Shown here piece by piece: positions 30,961 to 40,892 of a stretch of 64,000 bases of DNA. The stretch covers positions 11,886 through 75,885 of the forward strand of contig NZ_JANMCO010000046.1 of NCBI RefSeq assembly GCF_031361285.1, in the 5' to 3' direction. Made by a program: the position numbers and the translations under genes. Numbering within the stretch: position 1 is the stretch's first letter; each line of letters begins with the position of its first letter. The notes beneath the pieces were generated by a model. The model saw nothing but the letters and a program-made list of their open reading frames with translations. It was not told the DNA's origin and searched no databases. The DNA comes from Sphingomonas sp. (GTDB lineage: Bacteria > Pseudomonadota > Alphaproteobacteria > Sphingomonadales > Sphingomonadaceae).

Positions 30961-32717
30961 GTGCGGGCGAGCGCCTCGGCGGCGATCATCCTCGCGGTGT
31001 AACCTTGCCCGGTCCGGCTGAGTGCCGCGACCGCATGGTAGAGGTGGGACGACGGAAGTCTCTCAAAGCCTGTGGACTGGAAACCGGTTGCGGTCAGCAC
31101 CAGAACGCTTCCGGCTTGCCCGAGCGCGGCGGACCCGTCGATCAGCCGGGTCCAGCGATTGAGATGCCCGATGGCCAGGCCATGGCGGCGGTTGAGCCGG
31201 TCGGCGCTGCGCGCGTCGATCCGGCCGAGCCCGGCCAGGCCCGCGACCAGCAACGCGCTCCGCTTTTTGCCTTCGCTCTGGTCGCGGCTGATGAAAGCGT
31301 TGATCCGACCGAAGCTCAGATCCAGGCCAGCGGTCTCGGGTGCGGACAGCACCAGCATTGCCCAGCTAGGATCGGCGAAGCGCTCGTCCATCCGCCGAAC
31401 CGCATTGGTCCAGCGGGCGGCTTCGCGGTCGTAGCCGGCGGCCAGCATCGACGCGATCAGCGCCGGCGCATCCTCTTGTACGCTAGCGTCTGGCGCGATG
31501 AGCGTCGCGGCACGCCCAGATAGGGCTCGGGATGCCTCGACTTGCAGCGGGTCTTTGGAAATCGACCATAAGCGCCGAATCGCCTTGATACGAGCATCGC
31601 GATCCTTGCCCGCGAATGCCAAACGCACTTGCCAGGCTTCGGTCTCCGACAGCTGGTCGGGGTCGGTCGCATCGTAGATCATCGAATACAGGTCAATTAG
31701 CGACTGCGACGACAGGACCCCAAGGCCGGTCGCGATGCGGGCCGAATCAAGCCGCTGTTGCGGGGACAGCAAGGGTGCGCGAGCCTGCCAGGCCCTAACT
31801 TGCGGCGTCGCCGACTTGAGCAGGCGATCGGGTACCGCCATGCCGGTGGCAGTGGCCAATCCGAACCGCCAGCTGGTCAGTTGCTGGACCGGCTCCCATT
31901 CGACGGTCACCGCCCGGCCGGTGTCCGCACCCGCGCCGACGACCTTCTGGGCAAGGACCAGGTCAATGCCCCCGATCCGCCCCCGGCGGCGCGCGGCATC
32001 GATCTGCGCCGCCGCGCTTTCGGGTTCGCCCGACAGCGACGCGCACATTGCGTCGACCAGTGGAAACACTCGCGGCTCGACCTTGCGGACGCCGTCCAAC
32101 AGCGGACACAGCCCGGCCGGATCGGCGTTCGCCAGCGCACTTTGCACCGCGACCTGGAACATCTTCGGAGTGAATTTGTCGACATCGACGCCGGACACCA
32201 GCATGCGGGCCGCGTCGGCCTCGCCCATCCTGAGCAACAACCAGCCGCGTTCGGCTGTCCAATCCACCGGATTGACGTTGCGTGGCGCCTTAACCTTGGC
32301 GAGTAATGCGTTGCGTAGCGCGATGTGCGCCCATCGCGAGGCGATTGGCGTATCGGTTCGCCGCATCAGGCTCGACAGGAACGCTCCGCTGGCCATGCCC
32401 CAAGGATTGGCGCCAAGACCGAGCTTGACCGAATCGAGGCGGCCAACGACCCAAGGATCGCGCCGCGCATGATCGGGCAGTTCCACCGGCCGCGTCACAG
32501 ACTGCACCTCGGGTGCGCTGACTGCGGTAATCCCGGTTTCGCTCTCGCCGAACCCAGGCGAGGCTTCCGAGGCACTTGTACTGGACACCGGTGAAGCGCC
32601 GACTGGAGTTGTGGCCAGCGGCGTCGCGGTAGCGGCAGGCGGCGCGCGATCCTGCGCCAGCGCCGGCAGCGCCAGCACCACGGCCGCGGAGATAATCAAT
32701 AATCGTTTAGTGCGCAC
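30957..32717 (-). CDS. Exported helical hypothetical protein
   Basis: 586-aa ORF with signal peptide, coupled to xerD. Confidence 0.8.
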   Translation of the reverse strand: MRTKRLLIISAAVVLALPALAQDRAPPAATATPLATTPVGASPVSSTSASEASPGFGESETGITAVSAPEVQSVTRPVELPDHARRDPWVVGRLDSVKLGLGANPWGMASGAFLSSLMRRTDTPIASRWAHIALRNALLAKVKAPRNVNPVDWTAERGWLLLRMGEADAARMLVSGVDVDKFTPKMFQVAVQSALANADPAGLCPLLDGVRKVEPRVFPLVDAMCASLSGEPESAAAQIDAARRRGRIGGIDLVLAQKVVGAGADTGRAVTVEWEPVQQLTSWRFGLATATGMAVPDRLLKSATPQVRAWQARAPLLSPQQRLDSARIATGLGVLSSQSLIDLYSMIYDATDPDQLSETEAWQVRLAFAGKDRDARIKAIRRLWSISKDPLQVEASRALSGRAATLIAPDASVQEDAPALIASMLAAGYDREAARWTNAVRRMDERFADPSWAMLVLSAPETAGLDLSFGRINAFISRDQSEGKKRSALLVAGLAGLGRIDARSADRLNRRHGLAIGHLNRWTRLIDGSAALGQAGSVLVLTATGFQSTGFERLPSSHLYHAVAALSRTGQGYTARMIAAEALART

Positions 32718-32835
32718 CCTGGCTCACATCCGATTCGATCGTGCGCGTCGGCACTTCCTTGGCCCGCGTCGAGAGAAAAATCAGACCGCCGATGACGAGC
32801 ACCAGGGCAAAGATGAGAACAATCAGTCGCGACAT
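32707..32835 (-). CDS. 42-aa single-TM small protein (not in ORF track)
   Basis: MSRLIVLIFALVLVIGGLIFLSTRAKEVPTRTIESDVSQGAH*; overlaps the start of the next gene. Confidence 0.7.
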   Translation of the reverse strand: MSRLIVLIFALVLVIGGLIFLSTRAKEVPTRTIESDVSQGAH

Positions 32836-32907
32836 CGACGATCCGCTTCAATGGCTGAGCAATCGGGGGCTTTTGCCGTCCTTGCCCACCGCTGTATAGC
32901 CCTAGCC

Positions 32908-33456
32908 GTGCAAGACTTAGTCCAGCGTCTCGACCGGCCGATCGTCCTCGTGGGATTAATGGGCGTCGGCAAATCGACCGTCGGCCGTCGTCTTGCACGA
33001 AGGCTCGGTCTGCCCTTTGTCGACAGCGATTCGGCGATCGAAGATGCCTCTGGCCTGTCCGCCGCCGAGGTGTTCGAACGCTTTGGCGAAGAGGATTATC
33101 GCGACGGCGAGCGGCGGCTGGTCGCGCGCCTGATTGACGGGGAGGTCCGGGTGATTGCCACCGGCGGCGGAGTATTCGTCGATCCCCGGACACGCGACAT
33201 GCTGAACACGCGTGCAATCACCGTCTGGCTCGACGCGCCCATCGATATTCTTGCCGTTCGCACCTCCCGGCGCAACACTCGGCCACTGCTCCGCAATGGC
33301 GACCCCAAAGGAACGCTTGAGCGCCTTGCTGAGGTCGAGAGGCCGTCTTATTCGGCCGCTCACATCCATGTGAAAAGCGGCGATGGCGCCCACCGCGACG
33401 TGGTCGACTCCATTATCAAAGCGCTCGAGGAGCATCTCTCGGCCCCCAAATCCTAA
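32908..33456 (+). CDS. aroK: Shikimate kinase
   Basis: GLMGVGKSTVG, FVDSD, IATGGG, RPLL. Confidence 0.95.
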   Translation: MQDLVQRLDRPIVLVGLMGVGKSTVGRRLARRLGLPFVDSDSAIEDASGLSAAEVFERFGEEDYRDGERRLVARLIDGEVRVIATGGGVFVDPRTRDMLNTRAITVWLDAPIDILAVRTSRRNTRPLLRNGDPKGTLERLAEVERPSYSAAHIHVKSGDGAHRDVVDSIIKALEEHLSAPKS

Positions 33457-35246
33457 GCCGGATCGCGAACCTGTTCGTCGGGCAGTGAAGAATCGGCGCC
33501 GAACATCCGGTCTTGGGCGGCGCGCAAGTCACCGGTCTTGCTCTGGACCTGAAGGCGTTCGGTATCTCTTTGACGGTACGCGGCCTCGACCCGATCCGCT
33601 TCGCGTTGGGCAATCCCCAGTTTCAGCAGCGCCTCCCGGCCCATCATGACTGCGCCTTCGAATAGCTCGCGCTGAATGAAAGCGACTTTGAGACCATCGA
33701 ATTCGATGACCTGCCGTCGGTCATAGACCCGGACCATGACCATCGCGCGCGGAAACGCCTCGAGGATGGTTTCCAGGCCGGCGCGATTCAAATCCTGCCC
33801 GTCCTGGCAGAACAGGATCGCCTCTGCGGTCTCGGCGCCAGCGGTACGAAGCAGGTCGATGCGGGTGCCGTCGCCGTAATAGACTTTGGTGCCGAACTCC
33901 TGGCTCAATTCAATTTGCGAGGGCTTGCTGTCGATCAACGTCACCGGGACTCGCTTGGCTTGCAGCATCTGGGCGACGGTCTGCCCAAATCGCCCATAGC
34001 CGACGACGATAGCGTTGGTTTCGGGCGAGAATTCCGGTCCTTCAAGATCGACATCGGGATCGGGAATGCGTTTCTGGACCCATTCCGTGAACCGCATCAG
34101 AAACGGCGTCGAGATCATCGACACGGTGACGATGGCGCTGAACAGCGACGCCGCCTCCGGCAAGATCAGCTTGGCCATGGCCGCCTGGCCGAACAGGACG
34201 AAGCTGAACTCGCCCGCCTGGCTGAGCAGCAGGCCGAGCCAGATCGCCCGGCCCCATTTCATGCCGAACCACCGCGCCAGCCCCGCGATCAGTACGGCCT
34301 TGACGATCACGATCGCAATCGCGGCCCCGGCTACCAGCAGGGGTTGGGCGGCGATGGCGTTGAAATCGATCAGCATCCCAACCGACAGGAAGAACATGCC
34401 GAGCAGGATTGAGCGGAACGGCTCGACGTCGCTCTCCAGCTCGTGCCGGTACGGCGATTCGGCGAGAACGACGCCAGCGATAAACGCGCCCAAGGCGACC
34501 GACAGGTGGAGCCACTGCATCAAGGCCGCACTGGCAATGATTGCAAACAGCCCGGCGACGACGAACAACTCGCGCTCGCCCAACCGGCCGACCAGTCGGA
34601 ATAAGGGGTTCAAGATATAACGCCCAGCCAGCACCAAACCGACAATCGCACCGACCGTATAGAGAGCGAGCAGCCCCCCGGGCGGCGCATTCGGATCGAG
34701 CGGCGATCGCGACAGCGCGGCGATGATCGTGATCATCGGCACGATCGACAGGTCCTGGAACAACAACACCGAGAACGCCCGCTCACCGCGACTGGTGTTG
34801 AGCTGCCCCGATGACCGCAACATCGGCAGCACCTGAGCCGTCGACGACAAGGCCAGTGGCAGGCCGAGCGCGAGGCTGGCCTCGATGCTAAACCCGAGTA
34901 CGACATAAATCAGCCCGCTCAACGCCAGTCCGCACAGCACGACCTGGATCAGGCCGAGCCCGAAGATATCCTTGCGCAGCCGCCACAGACGACCGGGATT
35001 GAGCTCCAGGCCAACCAAGAACAGCAGGAAAGCAATACCGATTTCGGACACCCGCATCACCGCGTCGGGATCGCCGATCAAATTCAGCGCAAAGGGGCCA
35101 ATCGCCGCTCCGCCGACGATGTACCCCAGCGTCGCGCCAAGCCCGAGCTTGCGAAATAGCGTCACGAAGATGAGCGCCGCTCCCAGCATGACGGCGATGC
35201 TGAGCAAGGTCGCGCCGGCCACGGCGGTTTGGGCGGTGTCGTTCAC
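33453..35246 (-). CDS. CPA2 K+/H+ antiporter (KefB/KefC-like) with TrkA-N domain
   Basis: LLFQDL, SPYRHELESDVEPF, SQAGEF, GYGRFGQ, YYGDG. Confidence 0.92.
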   Translation of the reverse strand: MNDTAQTAVAGATLLSIAVMLGAALIFVTLFRKLGLGATLGYIVGGAAIGPFALNLIGDPDAVMRVSEIGIAFLLFLVGLELNPGRLWRLRKDIFGLGLIQVVLCGLALSGLIYVVLGFSIEASLALGLPLALSSTAQVLPMLRSSGQLNTSRGERAFSVLLFQDLSIVPMITIIAALSRSPLDPNAPPGGLLALYTVGAIVGLVLAGRYILNPLFRLVGRLGERELFVVAGLFAIIASAALMQWLHLSVALGAFIAGVVLAESPYRHELESDVEPFRSILLGMFFLSVGMLIDFNAIAAQPLLVAGAAIAIVIVKAVLIAGLARWFGMKWGRAIWLGLLLSQAGEFSFVLFGQAAMAKLILPEAASLFSAIVTVSMISTPFLMRFTEWVQKRIPDPDVDLEGPEFSPETNAIVVGYGRFGQTVAQMLQAKRVPVTLIDSKPSQIELSQEFGTKVYYGDGTRIDLLRTAGAETAEAILFCQDGQDLNRAGLETILEAFPRAMVMVRVYDRRQVIEFDGLKVAFIQRELFEGAVMMGREALLKLGIAQREADRVEAAYRQRDTERLQVQSKTGDLRAAQDRMFGADSSLPDEQVRDPA

Positions 35247-35662
35247 CCTCCCGCTTCCTCGATCGCCGCCAGCAGCGCCCGCAGCGGCAGGAGAATCGCG
35301 CCGTGCCGCGAGGTCCGCGACCGCGCCGGCGCCAGCGCCTCAAACCCCCATCCGCCGGGATCGTCGCCGCGGCTGTCGAGCCAGGCGGACAAACTGGCGA
35401 GCACCTCGGCAATCTCTTCCTTGGTCCGGCCCGCCGCGTGCTTCGCGACCAAAGCCGCCGATGACTGGCCGAACGCACAGGCACGAACTTGCTGAGAAAT
35501 CGCGGTTACGACCCAACCCTCAAGCTGCACTTCTGTCCGCACCGTGCTGCCGCAGGTCGGCGCGCGCAGCTCAGCCATCCCGTCGACCCGCTCGAGGTGC
35601 GTCGGATCGGGCAGCGATCCCGCCAGCCGCAGGATCCCGATGGTGTACAGCGGCGCATTCAT
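35243..35662 (-). CDS. NifU/IscU-like Fe-S scaffold protein
   Basis: [23 protein letters not shown]. Confidence 0.82.
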   Translation of the reverse strand: MNAPLYTIGILRLAGSLPDPTHLERVDGMAELRAPTCGSTVRTEVQLEGWVVTAISQQVRACAFGQSSAALVAKHAAGRTKEEIAEVLASLSAWLDSRGDDPGGWGFEALAPARSRTSRHGAILLPLRALLAAIEEAGG

Positions 35663-37026
35663 GACCGGCGCCATGTCGTCCCCCCCGGTCCATCTTCAAG
35701 GACGATGCCCTCGGCGGCAAGCTCGTCGCGGATGCGGTCGGCGGTGGCAAAGTCACGGTTCTTCTTAGCCTCGGCCCGCTCGGCGATCTTTTGCTCGATG
35801 TCATTCTCCGCACGAATGACACCTGCGTGCGCTGTCATCGAAAGGCCAACTAGCGCGACAGTGACATGAGGATTGCGGCCTTTGAGCCAATCCTCTCCTG
35901 TCTGGCTGAGCAGTCCCAATAGAACGCCACTCGACTTGATCGTCGCCGGATCATCGAGCGCCATCAGCCGCGTCAGTGCCAGCGGCGTGTTCAGATCGTC
36001 GCGCAGCGCGTCCATAACTCCGCTATCGACGTCACTCGGTTCGACATCGCCAACCTTGCGGTATAGTCCGTCGAGCGTCGTCTTGGCCTGCGCGATCAGC
36101 GTCTCCGTCCACGGCAAAGGTTGGCGATAGTGCGCTGACAGCAACGCCAGTCGCAGGGCCTCCTCGCGATGTACCTTTCGCAGTTCACCCACCGTCACGA
36201 CATTGCCCAACGACTTCGACATCTTCTCCGCGCCCATATCGACGAAACCGTTGTGCACCCAATATCGCGCGAGCGGAGCGCCGCCATGCGCGCAGCGGCT
36301 CTGGGCGATCTCATTTTCGTGGTGCGGGAAAATGAGATCGAGACCGCCGCCGTGGATGTCGATCGTCTCGCCCAAATGCGCGGCGATCATCGCCGAGCAT
36401 TCGATGTGCCAGCCGGGCCGCCCGCGACCCCACGGCGAATCCCAGCCGATCACCCCATCGGCACTCGGCTTCCACAGCACAAAATCCGCCGGGTCGCGCT
36501 TGTACGGCGCCACCTCGACCCGCGCCCCGGCCAGCAGCGCATCGCGGTCGCGGCGGCTGAGCGCGCCATAATCCGGGTCGGACGGCACATGGAACAGGAC
36601 ATGGCCTTCCGCTTCGTACGCGTTGCCCAACCCAATCAACCGCTCGATCATCGCGATCATTGGCGCGATCTCTTGCGTCGCATGCGGCGCGATGGTCGGC
36701 GGCGCCACGCCCAGCGCGCCCATGTCCTCGATATAGTGCCGCTCATACCGCTCGGTGATCACCGTCGGCGCGACCCCTTCCGCTTCCGCCGCCGCGATGA
36801 TCTTGTCGTCAACGTCAGTGACGTTGCGGGCATAGACTAGGCTGTCCGCGCCATATTGGTGCCGGATAAGCCGGGCGAGCGTGTCGAACACCACCGCCGG
36901 CCGGGCATTGCCGATGTGCGCGCGCCCGTAAACCGTTGGCCCGCACACATACATCGTGATGCGCTTCGGATCGGCCGGCTCGAACGCCCGCTTCTCGCGC
37001 GCCATGGTGTCGTAAAGCCGGATCAT
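35659..37026 (-). CDS. cysS: Cysteine--tRNA ligase
   Basis: [28 protein letters not shown]. Confidence 0.98.
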   Translation of the reverse strand: MIRLYDTMAREKRAFEPADPKRITMYVCGPTVYGRAHIGNARPAVVFDTLARLIRHQYGADSLVYARNVTDVDDKIIAAAEAEGVAPTVITERYERHYIEDMGALGVAPPTIAPHATQEIAPMIAMIERLIGLGNAYEAEGHVLFHVPSDPDYGALSRRDRDALLAGARVEVAPYKRDPADFVLWKPSADGVIGWDSPWGRGRPGWHIECSAMIAAHLGETIDIHGGGLDLIFPHHENEIAQSRCAHGGAPLARYWVHNGFVDMGAEKMSKSLGNVVTVGELRKVHREEALRLALLSAHYRQPLPWTETLIAQAKTTLDGLYRKVGDVEPSDVDSGVMDALRDDLNTPLALTRLMALDDPATIKSSGVLLGLLSQTGEDWLKGRNPHVTVALVGLSMTAHAGVIRAENDIEQKIAERAEAKKNRDFATADRIRDELAAEGIVLEDGPGGTTWRRS

Positions 37027-37532
37027 GCCGGGTTGACCTTCAACCGGCGCTTCTCGACCCAGTCGACGATCGCCAGGCCGCTGGCGTTGAGCAGAGGATA
37101 AGTCCGCGACGTCGTCATCCACTCCGGTCGGTCGGCTTCGGGTCCATAGACCATGTCGGTGGCGAGATTGGCGAGGAGGAAGAACAGCGTTGCGCCGAGC
37201 AGCCCTTTGATCAAACCGAATCCGCCGCCGAGCAACCGATCGACCGCGCCCAGCACCGACTTGCGCGCCTTGCCGCCGATCGAGCGGGCGAGCAATTTCA
37301 CCAACAGGAAACTCGGGATGAATAGAAGCGCGAACGCGACCACCGCCGCGCCTGCTGGCGTTCCGACGGTCTCGGTCAGCCCCGTCGACAGCTGGGTGTG
37401 AAACAATTTGAGCATGGCGATGGCCACCACCCAGGCGAACAGCCCCAGCACTTCGTGAACGAACCCGCGGATAAAGCCGATGATCGCCCCGCCGCCCAGG
37501 AGAAGGATGACGAAGATGTCGAGCGCGCTCAT
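37023..37532 (-). CDS. cvpA: CvpA family membrane protein
   Basis: [23 protein letters not shown]. Confidence 0.9.
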   Translation of the reverse strand: MSALDIFVILLLGGGAIIGFIRGFVHEVLGLFAWVVAIAMLKLFHTQLSTGLTETVGTPAGAAVVAFALLFIPSFLLVKLLARSIGGKARKSVLGAVDRLLGGGFGLIKGLLGATLFFLLANLATDMVYGPEADRPEWMTTSRTYPLLNASGLAIVDWVEKRRLKVNPA

Positions 37533-37657
37533 CGACCTTCGGCTAGCGGAGGCCAACATCCGATGCCAGCCCTTGCGACATGCGCGGCGGTTCTCCGCCT
37601 TGCCCGTGACGGGCTAATCGGCCATTGATTCGCTGATCCGGCAAGAGGTGGGCGCAG

Positions 37658-38695
37658 ATGTCTGGGACGGCGAGCGCGGCTGATGCCTCGCTACTCTTCA
37701 TAATCGGCGGCGGCGACCAAGGCGACCAGATCATGCAGGCCGGCTCCAAGATCATGGTTGCCGGCACCACCGACCTCACTAAGCTACTTCTCGACCGCGA
37801 GCCGCACCATCGCCTTCATGTTACCCGCAACTATTTTCGCCAATCCCGCCAGGCAGACCTTTCGGGCTACAGGGTTCTCGTTAACCTGATCACCGAACCC
37901 GAGCAGAACGCGAAGGTGCTGGAGAATTTGAGGAAGGTTCTGCGTGGCGTTCCAGGGCGCGTAGTCAACCCACCAGAAGCTGTGTTGCGATCGACCCGCG
38001 ACCAGGTGGCGCGCCTGCTCGCCGGCATCCCCGACCTGATTGTGCCGAAGGCTGTGCGGTTGCACGGCGGCAAGACATCGATCGCGGCGCGGACGCTCGA
38101 AAACGCCGGTCTTGGGCCGCCGATCATCCTGCGCCAGGCCGGCACCCACACCGGCAAGATCGTCGGGCTCTTCACCACCGTCGACGAGACCGTCGCCGCG
38201 CTCGGACCCGGCGAGCACGTCGCCACGCAGTTCGTCGACTTTGCCGGCGTCAACGGGCTTTATCGGAAATTCCGCGTCTATTTCATCGGGCGACGCATCG
38301 TCCTCAGGCACATGATCATCTCGGATCAGTGGAACGTCCACGTCAAGGATCGGGTGCGCTTCATGGCTGAACGGCCCGAACTGGTCGCCGAGGAACGCGT
38401 CTTGTTCGAAAGCGATGAGCCTTTTGCCCCCGATGTCCGGGCTGTCTTTCAAGCCGTGCGTGACCGCATGCCGCTCGACTTCTTCGGCATGGATTTCGGG
38501 ATCACCACAAACGGCAAAGTGGTGTTGTTCGAAGCGAACGCCACGATGAGCTTCTTTCCGCTAACGCCCAACCACGATCCGCAATTCGAATATCTTAAGA
38601 GGTGCTTGGCGCCGGCCCACAACGCCTTGCGTGAATTGCTCGGGCTTTCGCCGCAGGTCACACGCTTCACCCAAGTCCACCTCCAATCCGCTTAA
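37658..38695 (+). CDS. ATP-grasp (RimK-like) protein
   Basis: VVNPPEAV, PIILRQAGTHTG, QFVD, YRKFRV, LDFFGMDFG, LFEANATM; alternative start 37733. Confidence 0.75.
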   Translation: MSGTASAADASLLFIIGGGDQGDQIMQAGSKIMVAGTTDLTKLLLDREPHHRLHVTRNYFRQSRQADLSGYRVLVNLITEPEQNAKVLENLRKVLRGVPGRVVNPPEAVLRSTRDQVARLLAGIPDLIVPKAVRLHGGKTSIAARTLENAGLGPPIILRQAGTHTGKIVGLFTTVDETVAALGPGEHVATQFVDFAGVNGLYRKFRVYFIGRRIVLRHMIISDQWNVHVKDRVRFMAERPELVAEERVLFESDEPFAPDVRAVFQAVRDRMPLDFFGMDFGITTNGKVVLFEANATMSFFPLTPNHDPQFEYLKRCLAPAHNALRELLGLSPQVTRFTQVHLQSA

Positions 38696-38700
38696 GGCCC

Positions 38701-39441
38701 ATGTTCGACAGCTACGCCGAGATTTTTGCCGAGCGCGGCGCCGCTTACCACCATGCGATGGCGCAATCGCCGCGCACTCGCGATGCCGAGTTCCTCGTGG
38801 TGCTCGAACCGCTCGCCGCAATGCCAGACGGCCTCATATGCGACATGCCGTCGGGCGGCGGCTATTTGGCTGCCCGCCTACCGCCCGGTATGCGATATCT
38901 CGGGGTTGATCCCGCGAGTGATTTTGTAAGCGCCTTTCCAGATGGTCTCGACCGACTCCAGGCTGACATCACCAACGTTCCGCTCAACGACCATGCGGTC
39001 GACTACGTCGTCAGCCTCGCCGCACTCCATCATGAGCCGGACCTGCCAGCGGTGTTCCGCGAAATGCGGCGGCTGGTTCGGCCCGGCGGTCGAATCGTCA
39101 TTGCTGACGCCGCCGTCGACACGCCGCCGGTCGCCTTCCTCAACGGCTTCGTCGACCAGAACAACCCGATGGGTCACCACGGCCGCTTTCTCGACGATCG
39201 CACAACCGGATTGCTTGAGGCCGAGGGCCTGGCGGTCGTGGACGACCGGCTAGTCGAGGTGCCATGGGCATTCGACAGCCTGGCCGAAGCCGGCGAATTT
39301 TGCCGTCATTTGTTCTGGATGCCGGCGCTCGATGCCGCCGCGGTCGCAGACGCGATGCAGCGTGAAATCGGCTTCGATGTAGTGGACGGGCGACCGAGAC
39401 TTCGCTGGGTGCTGCGCCGGATCGTCTGCAATATCACGTAA
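38701..39441 (+). CDS. Class I SAM-dependent methyltransferase
   Basis: DMPSGGGYL motif I, SLAALHH, LVRPGGRIVIAD. Confidence 0.88.
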   Translation: MFDSYAEIFAERGAAYHHAMAQSPRTRDAEFLVVLEPLAAMPDGLICDMPSGGGYLAARLPPGMRYLGVDPASDFVSAFPDGLDRLQADITNVPLNDHAVDYVVSLAALHHEPDLPAVFREMRRLVRPGGRIVIADAAVDTPPVAFLNGFVDQNNPMGHHGRFLDDRTTGLLEAEGLAVVDDRLVEVPWAFDSLAEAGEFCRHLFWMPALDAAAVADAMQREIGFDVVDGRPRLRWVLRRIVCNIT

Positions 39442-39449
39442 CGCCCAGA

Positions 39450-39500
39450 CTTTGCTCAACGGCCCACTTTGTTCAACGGCCCACTTTGTTCAACGGCCCA
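39450..39500. repeat. 3 x 17-bp tandem repeat overlapping the radA stop codon
   Basis: CTTTGCTCAACGGCCCA CTTTGTTCAACGGCCCA CTTTGTTCAACGGCCCA. Confidence 0.95.
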
Positions 39501-40854
39501 AAATCTGATCGACCAACTCGCGCAGGTTGCCGAACTCGGCAAGCGCGATCCCGTCGCCGCCTTTAACGCCTCTTGGCACCCACGCCGTCTCGAAACCGAG
39601 CTTGGCCGATTCCTTGAGCCGCAGCGGCGCATGGGCGACGGCCCGTACTTCGCCAGATAGCGCGATTTCGCCCAGCACCACGCACTCGCTCGGCACCGGC
39701 CGCTCAGCCAGCGATGAGATCAACGCCGCCGCCACCGCCAGGTCCGCCGCGGGGTCCGACAGCTTGTACCCGCCGGCGACGTTCAAATAGACCTCGGCGG
39801 TCGCGAAGCTGAGCCCGCAGCGCGCCTCAAGCACCGCCAGGATCATCGCCAGCCGCCCCGAATCCCAGCCGACCGCCGCCCGCCGTGGCGTCGCGCCGCT
39901 GGCTAGCCGCACCGTCAACGCTTGAATCTCAACCAATACCGGGCGCGTGCCCTCCAAGGCCGGAAACACGCTGGTGCCGCTAACAGGCTCCGTCCGCTGG
40001 GTGAGGAACAGAGCCGACGGGTCGGGTACCTGGCTCAGCCCGGCTTCTTCCATCGCGAAGACGCCGATTTCGTCGGTCCCGCCAAAGCGGTTCTTCATCG
40101 CCCGCAGGATCCGGTACTGGTGGCTGCGTTCTCCTTCGAAGCTCAGCACCGTATCGACCATATGTTCGAGCACGCGCGGGCCGGCGATGCTGCCGTCCTT
40201 GGTAACATGGCCCACAAGGACCACCGCGGTCCCTTGTTCCTTGGCAAACCGCACCAGCTCCTGCGCCGATGCCCTCACCTGGCTGACGGTTCCGGGGGCA
40301 CCCTCGATCAAGTCGGAATGCATGGTCTGGATCGAATCGATCACTAGCAAGGCCGGCGGGTCGGCCTCGACGGTTGTCAGAATATCTCGGACCGAAGTCG
40401 CGGCGGCCAACTGCACCGGCGCCTTGCCGAGCCCAAGCCGCACCGCACGCAGGCGGATCTGCTCGGCCGACTCCTCGCCCGAGACATAGACCACGCCTTG
40501 TCCCCGCTCGGCCAACCTCGCCCCGACCTGGAGCAACAAGGTCGACTTGCCGATCCCCGGGTCGCCGCCGACCAGCATCGCCGATCCGGGCACGATCCCG
40601 CCGCCGATCGCCCGGTCGAATTCGGCGATACCGGTCGCGAACCGCTTGGGCAGCGCGATTTCGCAGTCGAGCCCGACCAGTGCGATCGTCCGACCGCCAC
40701 CGCGCAGATGATGCTTGGCGGCGAAGATGCTCGACACCTCGGCCGCTTCCTGCACCAACGTGTTCCACTCGGCGCAGTCGGCGCATTGCCCCTGCCAGCG
40801 ACCGCTGACCGACCCGCAGGCCTGGCAAATGTATCGGACCTTCAACTTCGCCAT
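39490..40854 (-). CDS. radA: DNA repair protein RadA/Sms
   Basis: C4 zinc finger, GDPGIGKST, KNRFG. Confidence 0.97.
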   Translation of the reverse strand: MAKLKVRYICQACGSVSGRWQGQCADCAEWNTLVQEAAEVSSIFAAKHHLRGGGRTIALVGLDCEIALPKRFATGIAEFDRAIGGGIVPGSAMLVGGDPGIGKSTLLLQVGARLAERGQGVVYVSGEESAEQIRLRAVRLGLGKAPVQLAAATSVRDILTTVEADPPALLVIDSIQTMHSDLIEGAPGTVSQVRASAQELVRFAKEQGTAVVLVGHVTKDGSIAGPRVLEHMVDTVLSFEGERSHQYRILRAMKNRFGGTDEIGVFAMEEAGLSQVPDPSALFLTQRTEPVSGTSVFPALEGTRPVLVEIQALTVRLASGATPRRAAVGWDSGRLAMILAVLEARCGLSFATAEVYLNVAGGYKLSDPAADLAVAAALISSLAERPVPSECVVLGEIALSGEVRAVAHAPLRLKESAKLGFETAWVPRGVKGGDGIALAEFGNLRELVDQILGR

Positions 40855-40892
40855 CGCACCAGCATACCGGAACAAACAGCGAACGAGAAGTC

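Noticed and set aside
32908-33456. aroK without adjacent aroB
   Set aside because: Most simply a rearrangement; cannot be judged without the rest of the genome.
37615-37645. Possible second copy of the radA 3' end at the other side of the ATP-grasp cassette
   Set aside because: Only weak, gapped similarity (GATCAG...GGCCG); not enough to call an att site or target duplication.
39450-39500. Direct repeats as a CRISPR array
   Set aside because: Head-to-tail 17-mers with no spacers and no cas genes.
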